Virus record (IMG/VR): IMGVR_UViG_3300005365_000022
Location: 1-64,000 of that record
Strand: one strand, 5' to 3'
Origin: a virus
Taxonomy: Duplodnaviria > Caudoviricetes
DNA length: 64,000 bases
The position numbers were made by a program, and so were the translations under genes. This document shows positions 30,850-42,065 of the stretch, in pieces; the first letter of the stretch is position 1, and each line of letters begins with the position of its first letter. The notes under the pieces were generated by a model that worked only from the letters and a program-made list of their open reading frames with translations, was not told the origin of the DNA and did not search any database.

Positions 30850-31214
30850 CAGGCCGCGCTCGCCATCGCCACGCGGTAGCTGGGCTGAGCCTCCGACCTC
30901 GGCTGGCTGACCAGCGAGCGAACGATCTGACGACGCCCGGGCCCGCCGTCGCGAACGTAGTCGTACACCGTGTCCGCGATCTGCGCTGGAGGCGGGTCGC
31001 CGATCCACCGCAGCTGGAGCACGTACTTGCCCCAGCTGAGATCCCCGCTGCCCCGGCCGGTGCACACCTGAATCAGCGCGGCGGATGCTGTGCGAGGCAT
31101 GTCGTCCACCCACGATACTTGGATGCCGCCGATCCACGAGCTCATCGGGTCGTGTGGGGCCTGGGGGTCCGGCTCTCGCCGGTCGATTGCCCCGGTGATT
31201 CTGAGAGTCGTCAT
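30849..31214 (-). CDS. hypothetical protein
   Basis: ATG (MTTLRIT) downstream of a TTGACA element near 31250. Confidence 0.4.
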   Translation of the reverse strand: MTTLRITGAIDRREPDPQAPHDPMSSWIGGIQVSWVDDMPRTASAALIQVCTGRGSGDLSWGKYVLQLRWIGDPPPAQIADTVYDYVRDGGPGRRQIVRSLVSQPRSEAQPSYRVAMASAA

Positions 31215-31305
31215 GCGTTCATCTGTGCGCGCGTTTGAGCGCAGTGTCAAGCGCGATGTTGGGCGCGTCATGTGACTGACGTTGTGCGCATGCATCGCGT
31301 GATAT

Positions 31306-31677
31306 TCACCGCTCGCTACGCAGCTGCATCAGGCGACCGATGAGATCTCCGGCCGCGTCGCGCGACAGCAAGCCCGCGACCGGCCGACACCCGTGCTGGC
31401 ACTCGAGGCCGACCGCGGCGCCGTACAGCCGGCAAATCAGCGGCCTGACCTGGTAGATACTGCACCGACCTCGCCGCAGGTACCGGCAGCTCCCGTCGTC
31501 AGCCGTGCGCATCACGAGGTTGTCGACCTGCGGCAGCGTCTTCACGCGGCGGCCGGTGAGCTTCTCGATGGCCTCGCGCTCGACCTTGGCGATCGGAATG
31601 ACGGTGCACTGGTCGGTGCATAGCCCCTTGCATGTGGTTGCGGGGACCGAAGCGTAGATCTCGCGCAGGCTGCTCAC
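31306..31677 (-). CDS. YkgJ/FliB-like Cys-cluster protein
   Basis: CKGLCTDQC...C.YL..GRCSIYQVRPLICRLY. Confidence 0.75.
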   Translation of the reverse strand: MSSLREIYASVPATTCKGLCTDQCTVIPIAKVEREAIEKLTGRRVKTLPQVDNLVMRTADDGSCRYLRRGRCSIYQVRPLICRLYGAAVGLECQHGCRPVAGLLSRDAAGDLIGRLMQLRSER

Positions 31678-31918
31678 CGGCGCCCACCGCGCCGCGCCCG
31701 CGGGATCGGTTTCGACCAGACCTCGATGGCTATCCGGATCTCCCGCGCCGCCTGCTCGCACGTCGCCATCCACTGAGCCAGGAAGACGTCGCTGAAGTGG
31801 GCGCGGTCGATCGCGTCTATCGCCACCTCGCCTGCTTTCTCGCGGCCGGACCCGAGCGCCGCATCAAGACGATCGGCGATGCCGCGCAGCGCATGGGCCA
31901 GCCCATCTGGGATGCGGA

Positions 31919-32245
31919 TCATGGGAGCGTGTCCTCGAAGCGTTCGTGTTGCGGTCCAACGACCTCGACGTTGGCGTCGATCCGTCCTTGGATGACGGCT
32001 AACCGAAGACCGATGTTGTTGCCGACGCCGATCTGGTTCACGAGCCAGCCGACGCACGGCAGCTCCTTTCCGACCGGCGTGTCGTGGCATGCCATCACCC
32101 GAAGTCCGCTGACCACCAGCTCTCCAGGCTGGGCAATCGTATCGGACAGCGCTCGGTGCTTGATCTCGCAATACCCGTTTGGGATTTCATGCGGATTGCT
32201 GCCGGTCTTCCACGGGCACTTCGCGCACTGCTTGCGAGGCCTCAT
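31919..32245 (-). CDS. Cys-rich phage protein (DUF6283-like)
   Basis: CAKCPWK...MACH...PCVGWL. Confidence 0.55.
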   Translation of the reverse strand: MRPRKQCAKCPWKTGSNPHEIPNGYCEIKHRALSDTIAQPGELVVSGLRVMACHDTPVGKELPCVGWLVNQIGVGNNIGLRLAVIQGRIDANVEVVGPQHERFEDTLP

Positions 32246-33597
32246 GGCCAGGGCGCCCTGTCTCGCACGATCGTGACCTTCCCGGCCGCGATGCGCGCCT
32301 GCTCGTGGAGCGCCCTGACGGCGCGCGTCACCTCGTGGCCGGCGAGCACATGCTCGAGGGCGCGTGCTGCGCGATCGATCGGCTCAAGCACGGTCGAAAG
32401 CAGAACATCGGCCTCGATCACCGAGGCCATGCGGTGCGCCCGCTCGGCGCGATCTGCCAGGTCGGTCATGTCGCGTACCTCACATCTCCGCAAACCTCGC
32501 GCAGCTTGGACACCGAGAAGTAGCGAGGATGCTCTCGATCCTCGCGCCGGAGTTCCGATGCAAGAACTTCTACTGTGCCGGCATGTCGGTTCGCCTGGCA
32601 CATGAACTCGGCGTGCCAGCACGAAGCGCAACGACAGGCGGAGCAAACGGTAACGTAGTAGTCGCGTCTCATGGCGCATCTTTCTTGGGAGCATCCGGAT
32701 CGAGGTGACAGCCGTGCCCGCGGTGCCAGTCGCGCCAGTGCCCGGCGCCGGCCGAGCGCGGCATGGCCCCGTGCGGGCACTCTTTCACGCGGAGCTTGAC
32801 CTCCTTGGCGTGTTCCTCGTCGTCGAGGTGCTTGCACAGGTCGATGAGCGCGTCGCGCATCGACCGCGCTGTGTCGCGCCCGAGCTCGATGTTCGATACC
32901 GTTTGCACGCGGTGGCAGTTCGGGTCGAGCAGCTTTTCGGGTAGCACGTTCTCGTCGGCGATGCAGAACGCCCCGGTGTCGTCGGGGTCATAGTCGACTC
33001 GGATCCGAGACCCCGCATCGGCGCGCGGATCCGGGTCAGGGATGATGCGGACGAAGCGTCGCCCGCTCACGGCCTGACTCCTGGCGCGGACGGGAACACG
33101 TTCCAGATCTTTGCCTCGTTGACCGCGTCGAGCCCGTTGCTCTGCAGCCAACCGAGGCCGTCGTGGTCCAGGTACCAGCGGCCGTCGTGGCTGGTGATCA
33201 GCTTCATGAAGGCCATGTCGGACAGCAGATCATCGGTGTCGCGCCGCTGCGGCGACTTCGATCCGTCGCCGATCGCCGTGCCGATCTGGTTCGCCGTCTT
33301 GGGTCCGCTGCGCAGCGCGCACAGCACGGCGATGGCCCGTGGCCTGAGGTCGCCGGCTCGGCCGCGCGCCGCCTTCTTCTTGAGCTTGTCGATCTGCTCG
33401 ACGAGCCCGTCGTGCTCCCACGCCGTGCGGATGTTGCCGAGCGTGATGTCGACGACGGTCCGCAACGGCGCGTCAGGCGCGCATGCCGTGCCGAGAGCCT
33501 CGCGAATGTGCGCGAACTCGGCCAGTAGCTCGTGGTGCTTCACAGAACCTCCCATGTGCGGCCGTGGGCCGCTGCATTGCTGGCGATCGACGGCCAC
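32242..33597 (-). CDS. small accessory ORFs including a winged-helix protein (33067-33597)
   Basis: LCALRSGPKTANQIGTAI...LSDMAFMKLITSHDGRWY wHTH pattern; neighbours hypothetical. Confidence 0.45.
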
Positions 33598-33743
33598 CCT
33601 GACCTACGATCCACGCGGACCTCGCAAACCCGGCGTGTGAGGGCCGCCGCGTCATCGCTGCGCCGGATGAACTCCTCCACCGAGAGCCCGGCCTTGGCAG
33701 CCTTCGCGGCGATCATCGCCTGCCGGTACGCATCGAGCTTTGT

Positions 33744-33844
33744 CACGCTCTCTATGTAATACGTCATCACGTTAGCGTCAACATCAGCGATTACGATTTC
33801 AACGCTTGACTCGTGAACGCTTACGAATTACGATTTAACACATG
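33744..33844. promoter_or_regulatory. divergent leaderless promoter pair
   Basis: Minus: TTGACG-17-TACATA-gagagc-GTG. Plus: TTGACT-17-TACGAT-ttaacac-ATG. ATTACG repeated. Confidence 0.65.
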
Positions 33845-34505
33845 AGCATCTCCAAGCGTCCCACGTTCACCAAGTAATGGATCGCTCTCGCTGGCGCGTA
33901 CGAGAGCGCCGCCAATGCCGTTCGCCGCGCAGACTACGATGACGCGATCTCGAGCGACGCGTACGCCAAGCTCGTACAGCGCGTAGAGGCCGAGCGCGAT
34001 GCATGGAGGGAGGTGGTCGCTGGATCAACTGACGATGTGGTGTCCCTCGCTGATAGCTTCCTTGCCGGCGGAGAGTCTCCGCCATTGCACCCCGATACGA
34101 CCGTCCGGCTGGCCAGAGCGGTCATCAAGCTGCGGTCCGAGATCGATGCCGTCGATGCGGCGCTGGATATGGGTGGCATCGAGCGCGCGTTCGACCGCTA
34201 TCAGAAACGACCGGCCACGCGGTTACAGCGGATCGACCACGCGATCGCTACGCGCTCCGCATTGCGCGCCGAGTTGGACGACGCCCGCGATAGGATCGAG
34301 GAACTCGAGGGCGAGACCGAAGTGCTGAGCGTTGCGCGCGACGCGGCGACCAGCAATGCCGAGCACTACGAAACGCGAACTGGTCGACCTGCGCCGCCGG
34401 TTCGACGACCTCCAGCGGGACCGCGATCGGCTGCAGGAAGACATCGACACGAGAGATCGCAAGATCCGCGACGTCGAGCGCGAGCTTCAGCGCGCCCGCT
34501 ACTGA
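33842..34505 (+). pseudogene. coiled-coil ORF with in-frame TAA (33875) and a probable +1 indel (~34372)
   Basis: MSISKRPTFTK*WIALAGAYE... continues in frame; removing one A gives YERELVDLRRRFDDLQ...ARY* ending flush with the convergent ORF. Confidence 0.5.
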
Positions 34506-35036
34506 TCAGGAGCCGGATCCAGCCGGTGGCGGGCTCGCGATCGCCTGCAGCGCGGTGGCGGCGGCGTCGATCTTCCCGTTCGACGTGTCGATCTCGTTGC
34601 TCTGCGCCGTGAGCGTGTCCGACGCGGCACCGATCGCTCTGACCGCAGCCGAGGTGCGGCCATCGATGGCGGCCAGCGTGTCGAACACCGATTGCGGGAT
34701 CTGTCCCTGCCCGCCGAGCTGGTCGCGGAGCTGCTGCACCAGCGTGCCGACGCCGCCGATCTGCTGGGCGACGCCGTCGAGCTTGGTCGACTCGGCGTCG
34801 AGCTTACCCTGGACCGTGGCCAGCGAGGCGGTCTCGGTGGCGAGCCCTGCGGCGATGTTGGTGGTGTCGGTGTCGATCTTCGCGAGCGCGGCCTGGAGAT
34901 CTTGCACGGTGTTCATGAGAATCAGCTCCTGAGCGAGAGTTTCACGGACGTCGTGGGCGATGCCCGCCTGTCCGGTCGCGAGCGCGTCGACCTTCCTGGT
35001 CAACGCGTCGAAGGCGGCCTTTACATCTGCGTCCAT
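34506..35036 (-). CDS. coiled-coil hypothetical protein
   Basis: Heptad-rich 176 aa ORF. Confidence 0.55.
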   Translation of the reverse strand: MDADVKAAFDALTRKVDALATGQAGIAHDVRETLAQELILMNTVQDLQAALAKIDTDTTNIAAGLATETASLATVQGKLDAESTKLDGVAQQIGGVGTLVQQLRDQLGGQGQIPQSVFDTLAAIDGRTSAAVRAIGAASDTLTAQSNEIDTSNGKIDAAATALQAIASPPPAGSGS

Positions 35037-35642
35037 GGCGGGAAACCCTGCCCGAGCGCCGCGCTCAGCGCTACCTGTCGGCGCCGCTTTCGTCGTCGGC
35101 GATGACGCGCACGCGCAGCGACGCCAGCCGACCGGCGATCCGGATCAGCCACGCCGCGATCCGTCGCCGCCATCGCGCCGGGCGCGGCGTGCGAGAGAAC
35201 CTGACCTCTAGCTCTCCGCGGGGCCCGGCGATCGGCACGCACATCACTTGGACCAGGACGTCCCTCATGGTCATGAGTTGACCACGGGACCGACGCCAAC
35301 CAGGCCGAGCCCGGCGGTGTTCAGGATCTGGTTGGCCCGTTCCAACGAGACGTCGCTGAAGCCGACGACCAGGCCAGCATCCTCGGCGCGCTTCCAGCAA
35401 ATGTCCTGGCACTCCTGAGAGCAGTAGGAGTCCATGTACGGTCGCCCATCCCGTCGTAGGAACGGCTCGCCGCTCGCCAGTGGTAGTCGATTGGGGCGCG
35501 CCGGACCGCCGCACTGGCGGCACTTGCCGTAGCAGGCGCCCGGCCACTTGCAGTCCGAGCATCCGCACGTCTCGCACTCGAGGATGTCGCAGGCTGCATC
35601 CCCGCAGTGACACGGCCGCATTCCGGGCGTCACGATCCAACC

Positions 35643-37358
35643 TTAACCGGGTTTTGGTAGCGCCGCGTGACCGGCGCTCGGCGGCAGATGTCCTGGCGGC
35701 GCAGCCCCCGCGCCGCCAGGCGCCGGTGATGGCTTTCCGGCACTGAGGAGCGCCTCGGTGAGCGCGTCATCGGCGGCGCCGCCCTCGGCCTGCAGGCGCT
35801 TGAGCGCCGCGGCTGGGTCGTCGATCCCGAAGAAGGGCGCCACGTATTCCACGGCGCTCTGCTGGTCGATCACGCGAGCGGAGCGCGCCGAGGCGATCGC
35901 CGTGGCCGCGGCCGTGGCGTCGGTGGGCCCGCGCTTGATCCACTCCGGCCACGCCAGCTCGACTAAGTCGTCGGAGAACGCGGCGAGCCAGGCCGGCATG
36001 TCGCGCGCGACCGGCGACTGCCCGGCTCGCTGGGCCGGGGGCAGCACGGTCATCGGGACCGCGGCGAGCCCTGTTGTCGGATCGAGCGCGGGCGAGCGGC
36101 GCAGCGCGAGGAACGCGCGGACGATCTTCGCGATGAGCGGCTTGGCGCCGTTCTCGCCGTACTGCTCGCGGAAGATGTCGCCCCGCTCGTGCATCGGAGA
36201 GTACCGGCGCTCCACTTCGGTCGCCGTCATCGTCCCCTCGCTGAGCTCGCTGTCGAGCACGACCTGGACGACCTCGAGCGCGTTCCGCCGGTGCACGTCG
36301 GCGACCTTCAGCGCGGCCTCGACCCCGGAACCGGTCATCTCGACGTACTGCGCCGATCCCCCCTTCTCGGCCTTGAGAGCGTTGCGGGAGCCCTTCTTCA
36401 CTGAGTCCTGCTTCCATTCGTCGCTGAAGATCCCAAGCGTCGGGTCGGCGTTCTCGACCGCGCCCTGGTCGGCCTGCGAGAGCAGCCGGTCGATCGCCTC
36501 CTGCGCCTCGAAGATCCCGAGGCAGTCGGGGTCGCCGTCGACGTCATCGGTCGGCGTGTTGCGGATCCAGACCGCGGGGCACTCACCGAACCCGTGGGGC
36601 CCGCCCGTTGCCGGCGTCCAGCTCGGTTCGTCGCCATCGCCCACGAGCTCGGCGCGGTACACGATATCCTGCTGCGCGTCGATCGTCCGCCGGTACCAGT
36701 ACCAGACCTGCTCCATCACGCCGTCGGGACGCCGCTGCTCGCGGGGGTACTGGTAGCGGATCTCGAGCGCCGAGATCTCCCCGGTCTCCGGGTCGATGAA
36801 CTCCGGGGTGCACCACCGGGCATCGTGCACCGAGATCAGCGGCTTGCCGCCGCGGAACCTGAACGACATCGCAACCGACCCGATGGCGCCGCCGAGCGTG
36901 CGCGCGTTTGCCATCTTGATCCACAGCCGGCCCGCGCTGATCAGCCCCTCCACCCACGACTGCAGATCGGGGTCCCCGGCGACGCGGGCCTGGGGGTGCA
37001 TTTTCGAGCTGAACAGCAGCCCGGTGAACCGGTTCACGACGCTGCGGGTGAGGTGATACGGCGCCCGCGGCATCCGCAGGTCAAGCGGCATCTCGTCGTA
37101 CATGCCGGACGGGTCCCAGAACCCCATCGGCAGCACCGTCGAGCGAGCTATCGTCTCCCGCTCGATCGGCGACAACACCTTCCTGCCCGACCAGTCGACG
37201 GTGCGCGAATCGTACTGCGTGCAGCAGTAGAAGCTGTAGTACCGGTTGAGCTCCAGCTGCCGCGGCGACATCCCCATGCGGGCGATCCGCGCCTGCTGGA
37301 TGTCATGCATCACCATCCCGCCGGCGTAGGCGGTCAGGGGGCTGTAGGTCGGCGCCAC
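35643..37358 (-). CDS. portal protein
   Basis: 571 aa downstream of the terminase; VVNRFTGLLF, PAVWIRN, SAQYVEMTG, SQQ-type tail. Confidence 0.85.
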   Translation of the reverse strand: MAPTYSPLTAYAGGMVMHDIQQARIARMGMSPRQLELNRYYSFYCCTQYDSRTVDWSGRKVLSPIERETIARSTVLPMGFWDPSGMYDEMPLDLRMPRAPYHLTRSVVNRFTGLLFSSKMHPQARVAGDPDLQSWVEGLISAGRLWIKMANARTLGGAIGSVAMSFRFRGGKPLISVHDARWCTPEFIDPETGEISALEIRYQYPREQRRPDGVMEQVWYWYRRTIDAQQDIVYRAELVGDGDEPSWTPATGGPHGFGECPAVWIRNTPTDDVDGDPDCLGIFEAQEAIDRLLSQADQGAVENADPTLGIFSDEWKQDSVKKGSRNALKAEKGGSAQYVEMTGSGVEAALKVADVHRRNALEVVQVVLDSELSEGTMTATEVERRYSPMHERGDIFREQYGENGAKPLIAKIVRAFLALRRSPALDPTTGLAAVPMTVLPPAQRAGQSPVARDMPAWLAAFSDDLVELAWPEWIKRGPTDATAAATAIASARSARVIDQQSAVEYVAPFFGIDDPAAALKRLQAEGGAADDALTEALLSAGKPSPAPGGAGAAPPGHLPPSAGHAALPKPG

Positions 37359-37627
37359 GGTGCGCAGGATCGCGGACCGGCGCGTCGGCGGGCAACGTCA
37401 GCGCGTCCTGGTTGGATCTGGCGGCCGAATCCCGACAATCCGCTTGCCCTTGTTGGCGGCGACCACGAGCTGGTCGAGCTCCTGATCGAGGATCCACCGA
37501 ATCCTCGCCTCGCCATCCGGAACCGGATCGCCGTTTACGATCGGCACCTGGTGCGTAGCGCAGGCGGACACGATGACGTCGCCGTATTCCTCGCTGCGCT
37601 CCCAGACGCATCCGCAGGTCGTGGTGC

Positions 37628-40300
37628 TCACGTTCGCCTCTTTCGCTTCTGGTAGCCGGCGCCGCTCGTCGCGAATCGTGCACCTTCGCGGGCCAGCCAG
37701 CAGTTGTGGACTGCGATCCCCTCAGCCACGTACGACTCGTCCTCCTCCACGTGGAGATTGAAGACCTGACCGGTGTACGGGTGGCTCCTGATGCTGGATA
37801 GCCGCACTGCCACCCCTCCGACCTGGGGGATCGAGCAGGAGTTGGTGCGCGTCCTCAGCGGCGCCCATCTGTCTCCCCAGCGTTGTAGTTCTTCCGGTCG
37901 CGCATCGAGTAGCAGTTCGGTCGAGTCCGTAGCTGACAGCGCGAGCTCCTGCGCCGGCTTGTGACCGCAAGGGATGCCCTGGAACGTTCCTGTTTGATCG
38001 AATGGCTGCACCGACGTGCCAAGCCCGAGACGCCACAGGAATTGTTGCATCTGGTATATCAGCGAGCGCGAGATGCTGACGCCTCGAAGGCGAGGCGTTC
38101 CATCCCGATAGCCAAGACAGCCATCACCGACGAACCATCCGCGCACAATCTGTGACCCGGTTAGCGCGGGCAACGCCATCCACCCCCATGGCAGCGCCTT
38201 GTGTTCCTTCTTGCCAAACGGCCTGAACTCGTTGGCCGCGCGCTTCGATTGCACGCTGACGGTCATCCCGCCGTGGCCGGCCCGCGTGTAGATGCTCGTC
38301 TTGGCCCCCCAACGCTTCATTGCATGATCCCGGACGAAGTCGGCCAGGTAGGTCTCTTTCCGGTGAAACGCGAAGTTCAATTGGTGATCTCCGGCCCAGC
38401 CTTCCGCGAGATATAGCCCGGCCAGAAATGCATAGTCGTCGTCTACTGTCGGGGCGATCCATGGCCACGGTGACACTGGAGCAAGGACAAAGTCGCCTGC
38501 CATCTTCCGTCCGGCGCGCAGATCTTCTGCGGGGACAAAGTCCCACGAGGCGCGATCGGGGACGAGTCTATTGGTTCTCTCACGCGTCGTCATTCGCGGC
38601 AGCGCGCGGTACACCGGATGTTCTCCGGTGACCTGGAGCGTCCGCATGCCCTTAGGCTTGACCTCGAAGACGTCGCCCTCGTAGGGCCGCGACATCGTCT
38701 GGCTGACCGGACGCCAGCGCCCGCGGTGCGTCAGCACCTGATCGCCGATAACGACGTTCTCGATCGGAACCAGACCACGCGCCGTGGTGATCAATTGCCC
38801 AGGGGTCAAACAGGCGATGAGCCGATCCCCGGTGTGGCTCTTGGGGTCGTACCGCAGCATCTCACCGATCAGCGCCCTGACCTCCGGGTGCATGTCTGCC
38901 ATGATTCCCTTGGTCTCCCCGCCGCGGTTCGGGATAACCCACTTACCGGCGCTGAACTCGATCGCGAGAGACTCGATACCGAAGCTCGGGTCGTACTTGT
39001 TCTTCCCGGTGTAGAATGCGCGCGTCGGTACAGCGCTCTTCTCATTGACAAACTGCCGGATAAAAAGCTGGGCTCCGTTGCTCTCTACGATTACCTGTGA
39101 GTTGTAGCGGCGGTTCGCGTCAATGATTCGATCGACGAGCTCGGGGCCAGGCCAGCGCCCGGACTCCACGTCCAACAGCGATCGCACGCCGTCCTTCTCG
39201 CGCACGGCGATCGTCACGATCGCGGATAGGTCGGTGCGCTTCTTCCGATGCCGCTTGAGCTCGGCCGCCGCGATGTCAACGCCGGTCACCGTGCGCCAGC
39301 CTGGCGGGACCGCAGCGAGCGAGTACGCCAGATCGACGCCGTCGCCGTTGGCCAGCGCCTTGTTGATGTACGCCTCCTTGAAGCGCCGATCGGCGTCAGC
39401 GACCGGATCGCAGAACATCGAGCGCCGGCTCTCGATCGGTCCGCGGTTCTCGATCTCGGCCTCGATGCGCTCCTCGGGCCACATCTCGGGCCAGGCGAGA
39501 TTCCCCGCGGCGTCGCGCACCGGGAACTTCTTCGAGAACGTGCGCCGCTCGGAGGCGTAGCGGTGCATGGCGTCGTCTGGGTGCCAAGCGTTGCCGACGA
39601 ACCAGATCCGGCCGCGCGTCGTCCGCCGGCCCTCGATGGTGCTCTTGAGCCAGCCGTAGTACTTATCGCGCTGCTCCTCAGTGTGCGTGTTCTCCGCCGT
39701 GAGGTAGTCGTCGACGATGATCAGGTCGTAGCGGCCACCGAGCACGTTGCCGCCGAATCCGCACGCCTGGACCGTCGGGTCTTTCGCGCCGATCGAAGAG
39801 CGCTTGACGATGAATGCCTCGTTGGTCCACAGCCCGCTGCTGTCGCTCTTGTCGGGCTGGATCCCGGGGAACACCAGCCGGAACTCGACGCTGCGCTCGA
39901 TGTAGCCCTTGAGCGACCGGACGATCTTCCGCGCCGGCCCCGCGGCGCTCGACAGGATCAGGATCCGGATGTTGGGGTTCTTGCCGATCTCCCAAAGCAC
40001 GCGGCCTACCGACACCTCCGAGGTCTTCGCGAGCTCGGTCGCCGACCACAGCACCACGCGATCGTGCTCGGTGAGGATGTCGTGCCACTCCTCGTGGATC
40101 GTCGCGAGCCGCACCGGCTCGTTGGTGTCCTCGGTGCGCAGCACGCTCTGGCAGAACACCGCGGGGTCCCGCTGGGCGGTCTCGGCGAGCCGCGCCAGCG
40201 CCGGCCCGAGCTGCTGAGCCTCGTCGATCAGCCGGCGGTGATCGCGTCGATCAGTTCGCGTCACCGGGCTCCACGCCGAGTTCGGGCTCTGCGTCTTCAT
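37628..40300 (-). CDS. terL: terminase large subunit (intein-containing)
   Basis: Walker B LIIVDD, VGNAWHPDD, nuclease VTGVDIA, IVESNG, HTGDRLIA; exact start uncertain. Confidence 0.9.
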   Translation of the reverse strand: MKTQSPNSAWSPVTRTDRRDHRRLIDEAQQLGPALARLAETAQRDPAVFCQSVLRTEDTNEPVRLATIHEEWHDILTEHDRVVLWSATELAKTSEVSVGRVLWEIGKNPNIRILILSSAAGPARKIVRSLKGYIERSVEFRLVFPGIQPDKSDSSGLWTNEAFIVKRSSIGAKDPTVQACGFGGNVLGGRYDLIIVDDYLTAENTHTEEQRDKYYGWLKSTIEGRRTTRGRIWFVGNAWHPDDAMHRYASERRTFSKKFPVRDAAGNLAWPEMWPEERIEAEIENRGPIESRRSMFCDPVADADRRFKEAYINKALANGDGVDLAYSLAAVPPGWRTVTGVDIAAAELKRHRKKRTDLSAIVTIAVREKDGVRSLLDVESGRWPGPELVDRIIDANRRYNSQVIVESNGAQLFIRQFVNEKSAVPTRAFYTGKNKYDPSFGIESLAIEFSAGKWVIPNRGGETKGIMADMHPEVRALIGEMLRYDPKSHTGDRLIACLTPGQLITTARGLVPIENVVIGDQVLTHRGRWRPVSQTMSRPYEGDVFEVKPKGMRTLQVTGEHPVYRALPRMTTRERTNRLVPDRASWDFVPAEDLRAGRKMAGDFVLAPVSPWPWIAPTVDDDYAFLAGLYLAEGWAGDHQLNFAFHRKETYLADFVRDHAMKRWGAKTSIYTRAGHGGMTVSVQSKRAANEFRPFGKKEHKALPWGWMALPALTGSQIVRGWFVGDGCLGYRDGTPRLRGVSISRSLIYQMQQFLWRLGLGTSVQPFDQTGTFQGIPCGHKPAQELALSATDSTELLLDARPEELQRWGDRWAPLRTRTNSCSIPQVGGVAVRLSSIRSHPYTGQVFNLHVEEDESYVAEGIAVHNCWLAREGARFATSGAGYQKRKRRT
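37703..38812 (-). mobile_element. intein with LAGLIDADG homing endonuclease (370 aa)
   Basis: A/CLTPGQLI start; block B TGEHPVY; LAGLYLAEG and VRGWFVGDG; ends VHN/C. Confidence 0.92.
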
Positions 40301-40910
40301 CGTCTTCGACGTCCGACGAGGTCGCGTCGATCACCGGCGGCGGCTGCGGGGCCGACGTGAGCGCCCCGCGGCGCACGGCCATATCGGCGAGCGCGGCGGC
40401 GTGCTGGATGAGCCGCAGCGCCTCCTCTGGAGTCGCGACGGTCGAGCTCGCCGGCAGCAACGTACTCGCGTCGAACGCGTAGGCCCCATCGATGCGCGCG
40501 ATCTTGTCGAGCGCGGCCACGCCGGCGGTCAGGAATCCGGCCGCCTTGGCCGTGAGCTTGGGGTCGTAGGACAGCTCGAGCGCGCGCCGCGCGAACAACG
40601 TGAGCATCCCGCGGGTGCGCGCCTGCTTGCGAGACTTCGGCGCCGTGACCTCGCCGTCGATGCGCTCCAGCGCCTTCTCGAGGATGATTCGAGCGCCCGC
40701 CCGGTTGGTCTTCCAGTCCTTGTCGGGGGTCTCCGTCATCATCCACCCGACGACCTGGGCCGGCGTGTATCCGCGATCGAGCATGTCGCGGGCGCCCTCG
40801 ACACGCTGCTCTGGCGTGCTCTTGGGGCGCGGCGCCGGCTTCGCGCTGACCTCGGCCGGCTGCGGCGCAGGCATGTCTGGCTGCGCGGGCTTGGGATCCC
40901 CTTCCGCCAC
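40251..40910 (-). CDS. terminase small subunit-like protein
   Basis: Helical HTH-like ORF directly upstream of terL; LDKIARIDG. Confidence 0.65.
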   Translation of the reverse strand: MAEGDPKPAQPDMPAPQPAEVSAKPAPRPKSTPEQRVEGARDMLDRGYTPAQVVGWMMTETPDKDWKTNRAGARIILEKALERIDGEVTAPKSRKQARTRGMLTLFARRALELSYDPKLTAKAAGFLTAGVAALDKIARIDGAYAFDASTLLPASSTVATPEEALRLIQHAAALADMAVRRGALTSAPQPPPVIDATSSDVEDDEDAEPELGVEPGDAN

Positions 40911-40913
40911 CGG

Positions 40914-41456
40914 CTACACCGCCGACGAGTGCCCGAGCCCGGTCACGACGTCGAGCGCCGACAGCTTGGCGAGCCGCGCGTGCTCGATGACTAGCCACCG
41001 CAGGGGGTCGGAGCCGGCGATCTGCAGAGTGATCCGCGCCTGGCGCTCGCGAGCGTCGATCTCGACCACGCCGGCCAGCGCCGACCCGGCCACGAAACGG
41101 CGCACGGTGCCGATGATCCTTACCCCGTATCGCGCGGCCTCCTCGCGAGAGATCTTCTCCTGCTTGTCGCGGTAGATCTCGCCGTGCAGGGCCAGTACGC
41201 AGCCGGCAGGCACGGCACGCCGCTGGACTTCGTCGGCGATTCGCAGCTGCGCGAAGGTCGCGAACATCGCGAGGTGCCGGTCGCAGATCTGGAGCCCGTC
41301 CTTCCACGCCCGCTGCGACACGACGACCAGCTCGGCGCACGCCTCGCCGATGTCGCTGACCGCCCACCAGCGCGCCCCCAGCGCTCGCTGCATTAGCTCG
41401 ACCAGGCCGCCGTCGCGGAATGGGTGGCGCTCGCACGCCGGGCAGATGCTCACCAA
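40914..41456 (-). CDS. hypothetical protein, leaderless
   Basis: Extended -10 TGtTATCCT six nt before the GTG at 41456. Confidence 0.5.
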   Translation of the reverse strand: MVSICPACERHPFRDGGLVELMQRALGARWWAVSDIGEACAELVVVSQRAWKDGLQICDRHLAMFATFAQLRIADEVQRRAVPAGCVLALHGEIYRDKQEKISREEAARYGVRIIGTVRRFVAGSALAGVVEIDARERQARITLQIAGSDPLRWLVIEHARLAKLSALDVVTGLGHSSAV

Positions 41457-41485
41457 ACCAGGATAACACGCCCTCAGCGGTCAAA

Positions 41486-41872
41486 TCATAGGTCGTCAGC
41501 CGTGAGCTCCCCAGGCGGGCGCCACCCGCGGCCACGCAGCGCCCCGCTCGCGATCCACTCGACGAGGGGCGGCAGGTCCAGCGCCAGCGTGCCGATCGGG
41601 TACCGCGGGTCGAGCACCGGGTAGAGCTGCACCGGCGGGTCTCCGAGGTCTGCGGCGTCGCGGATCCCGAAGTACGATAGGTGGCCGGCGCGCGCCATGC
41701 CCGCGAGGATCTCCGCGACCGCGACCTCGCGCCCGGCAACCAGATCCGGCGTGACCGGTCGGCCGGCGCGCTCGCGCACCGCGTGGACAGCAACCCACTG
41801 CAGCAGGACGCCAAGGCAATGCCGCTCTCCCCGCTGCCGCTCCCGGATGGCCTTCTGCGCCGCGAGCTTCAT
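41486..41872 (-). CDS. hypothetical protein
   Basis: ORF downstream of the 42010-42040 promoter. Confidence 0.45.
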   Translation of the reverse strand: MKLAAQKAIRERQRGERHCLGVLLQWVAVHAVRERAGRPVTPDLVAGREVAVAEILAGMARAGHLSYFGIRDAADLGDPPVQLYPVLDPRYPIGTLALDLPPLVEWIASGALRGRGWRPPGELTADDL

Positions 41873-42004
41873 CTCAAAAGGACCCCTCTTACCACCAGCG
41901 CAGTCCGCTCACGCTCGGCGATCTCCGAGGGCTGTTCGACATTACATGGGTCATGTGTTGACTGGTCGAACTGCCGAGGGGCTCGGACGTTACCCATGCC
42001 GGGT

Positions 42005-42041
42005 AGGATTACCGTAATACGCAATCCACCAGGCGTCAAGC
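42005..42041 (-). promoter_or_regulatory. sigma70-type promoter of the operator family
   Basis: TTGACG-17-TACGGT with CGTATTACG. Confidence 0.65.
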
Positions 42042-42065
42042 TATCGGGTGGTACGGGCTCGAAAC

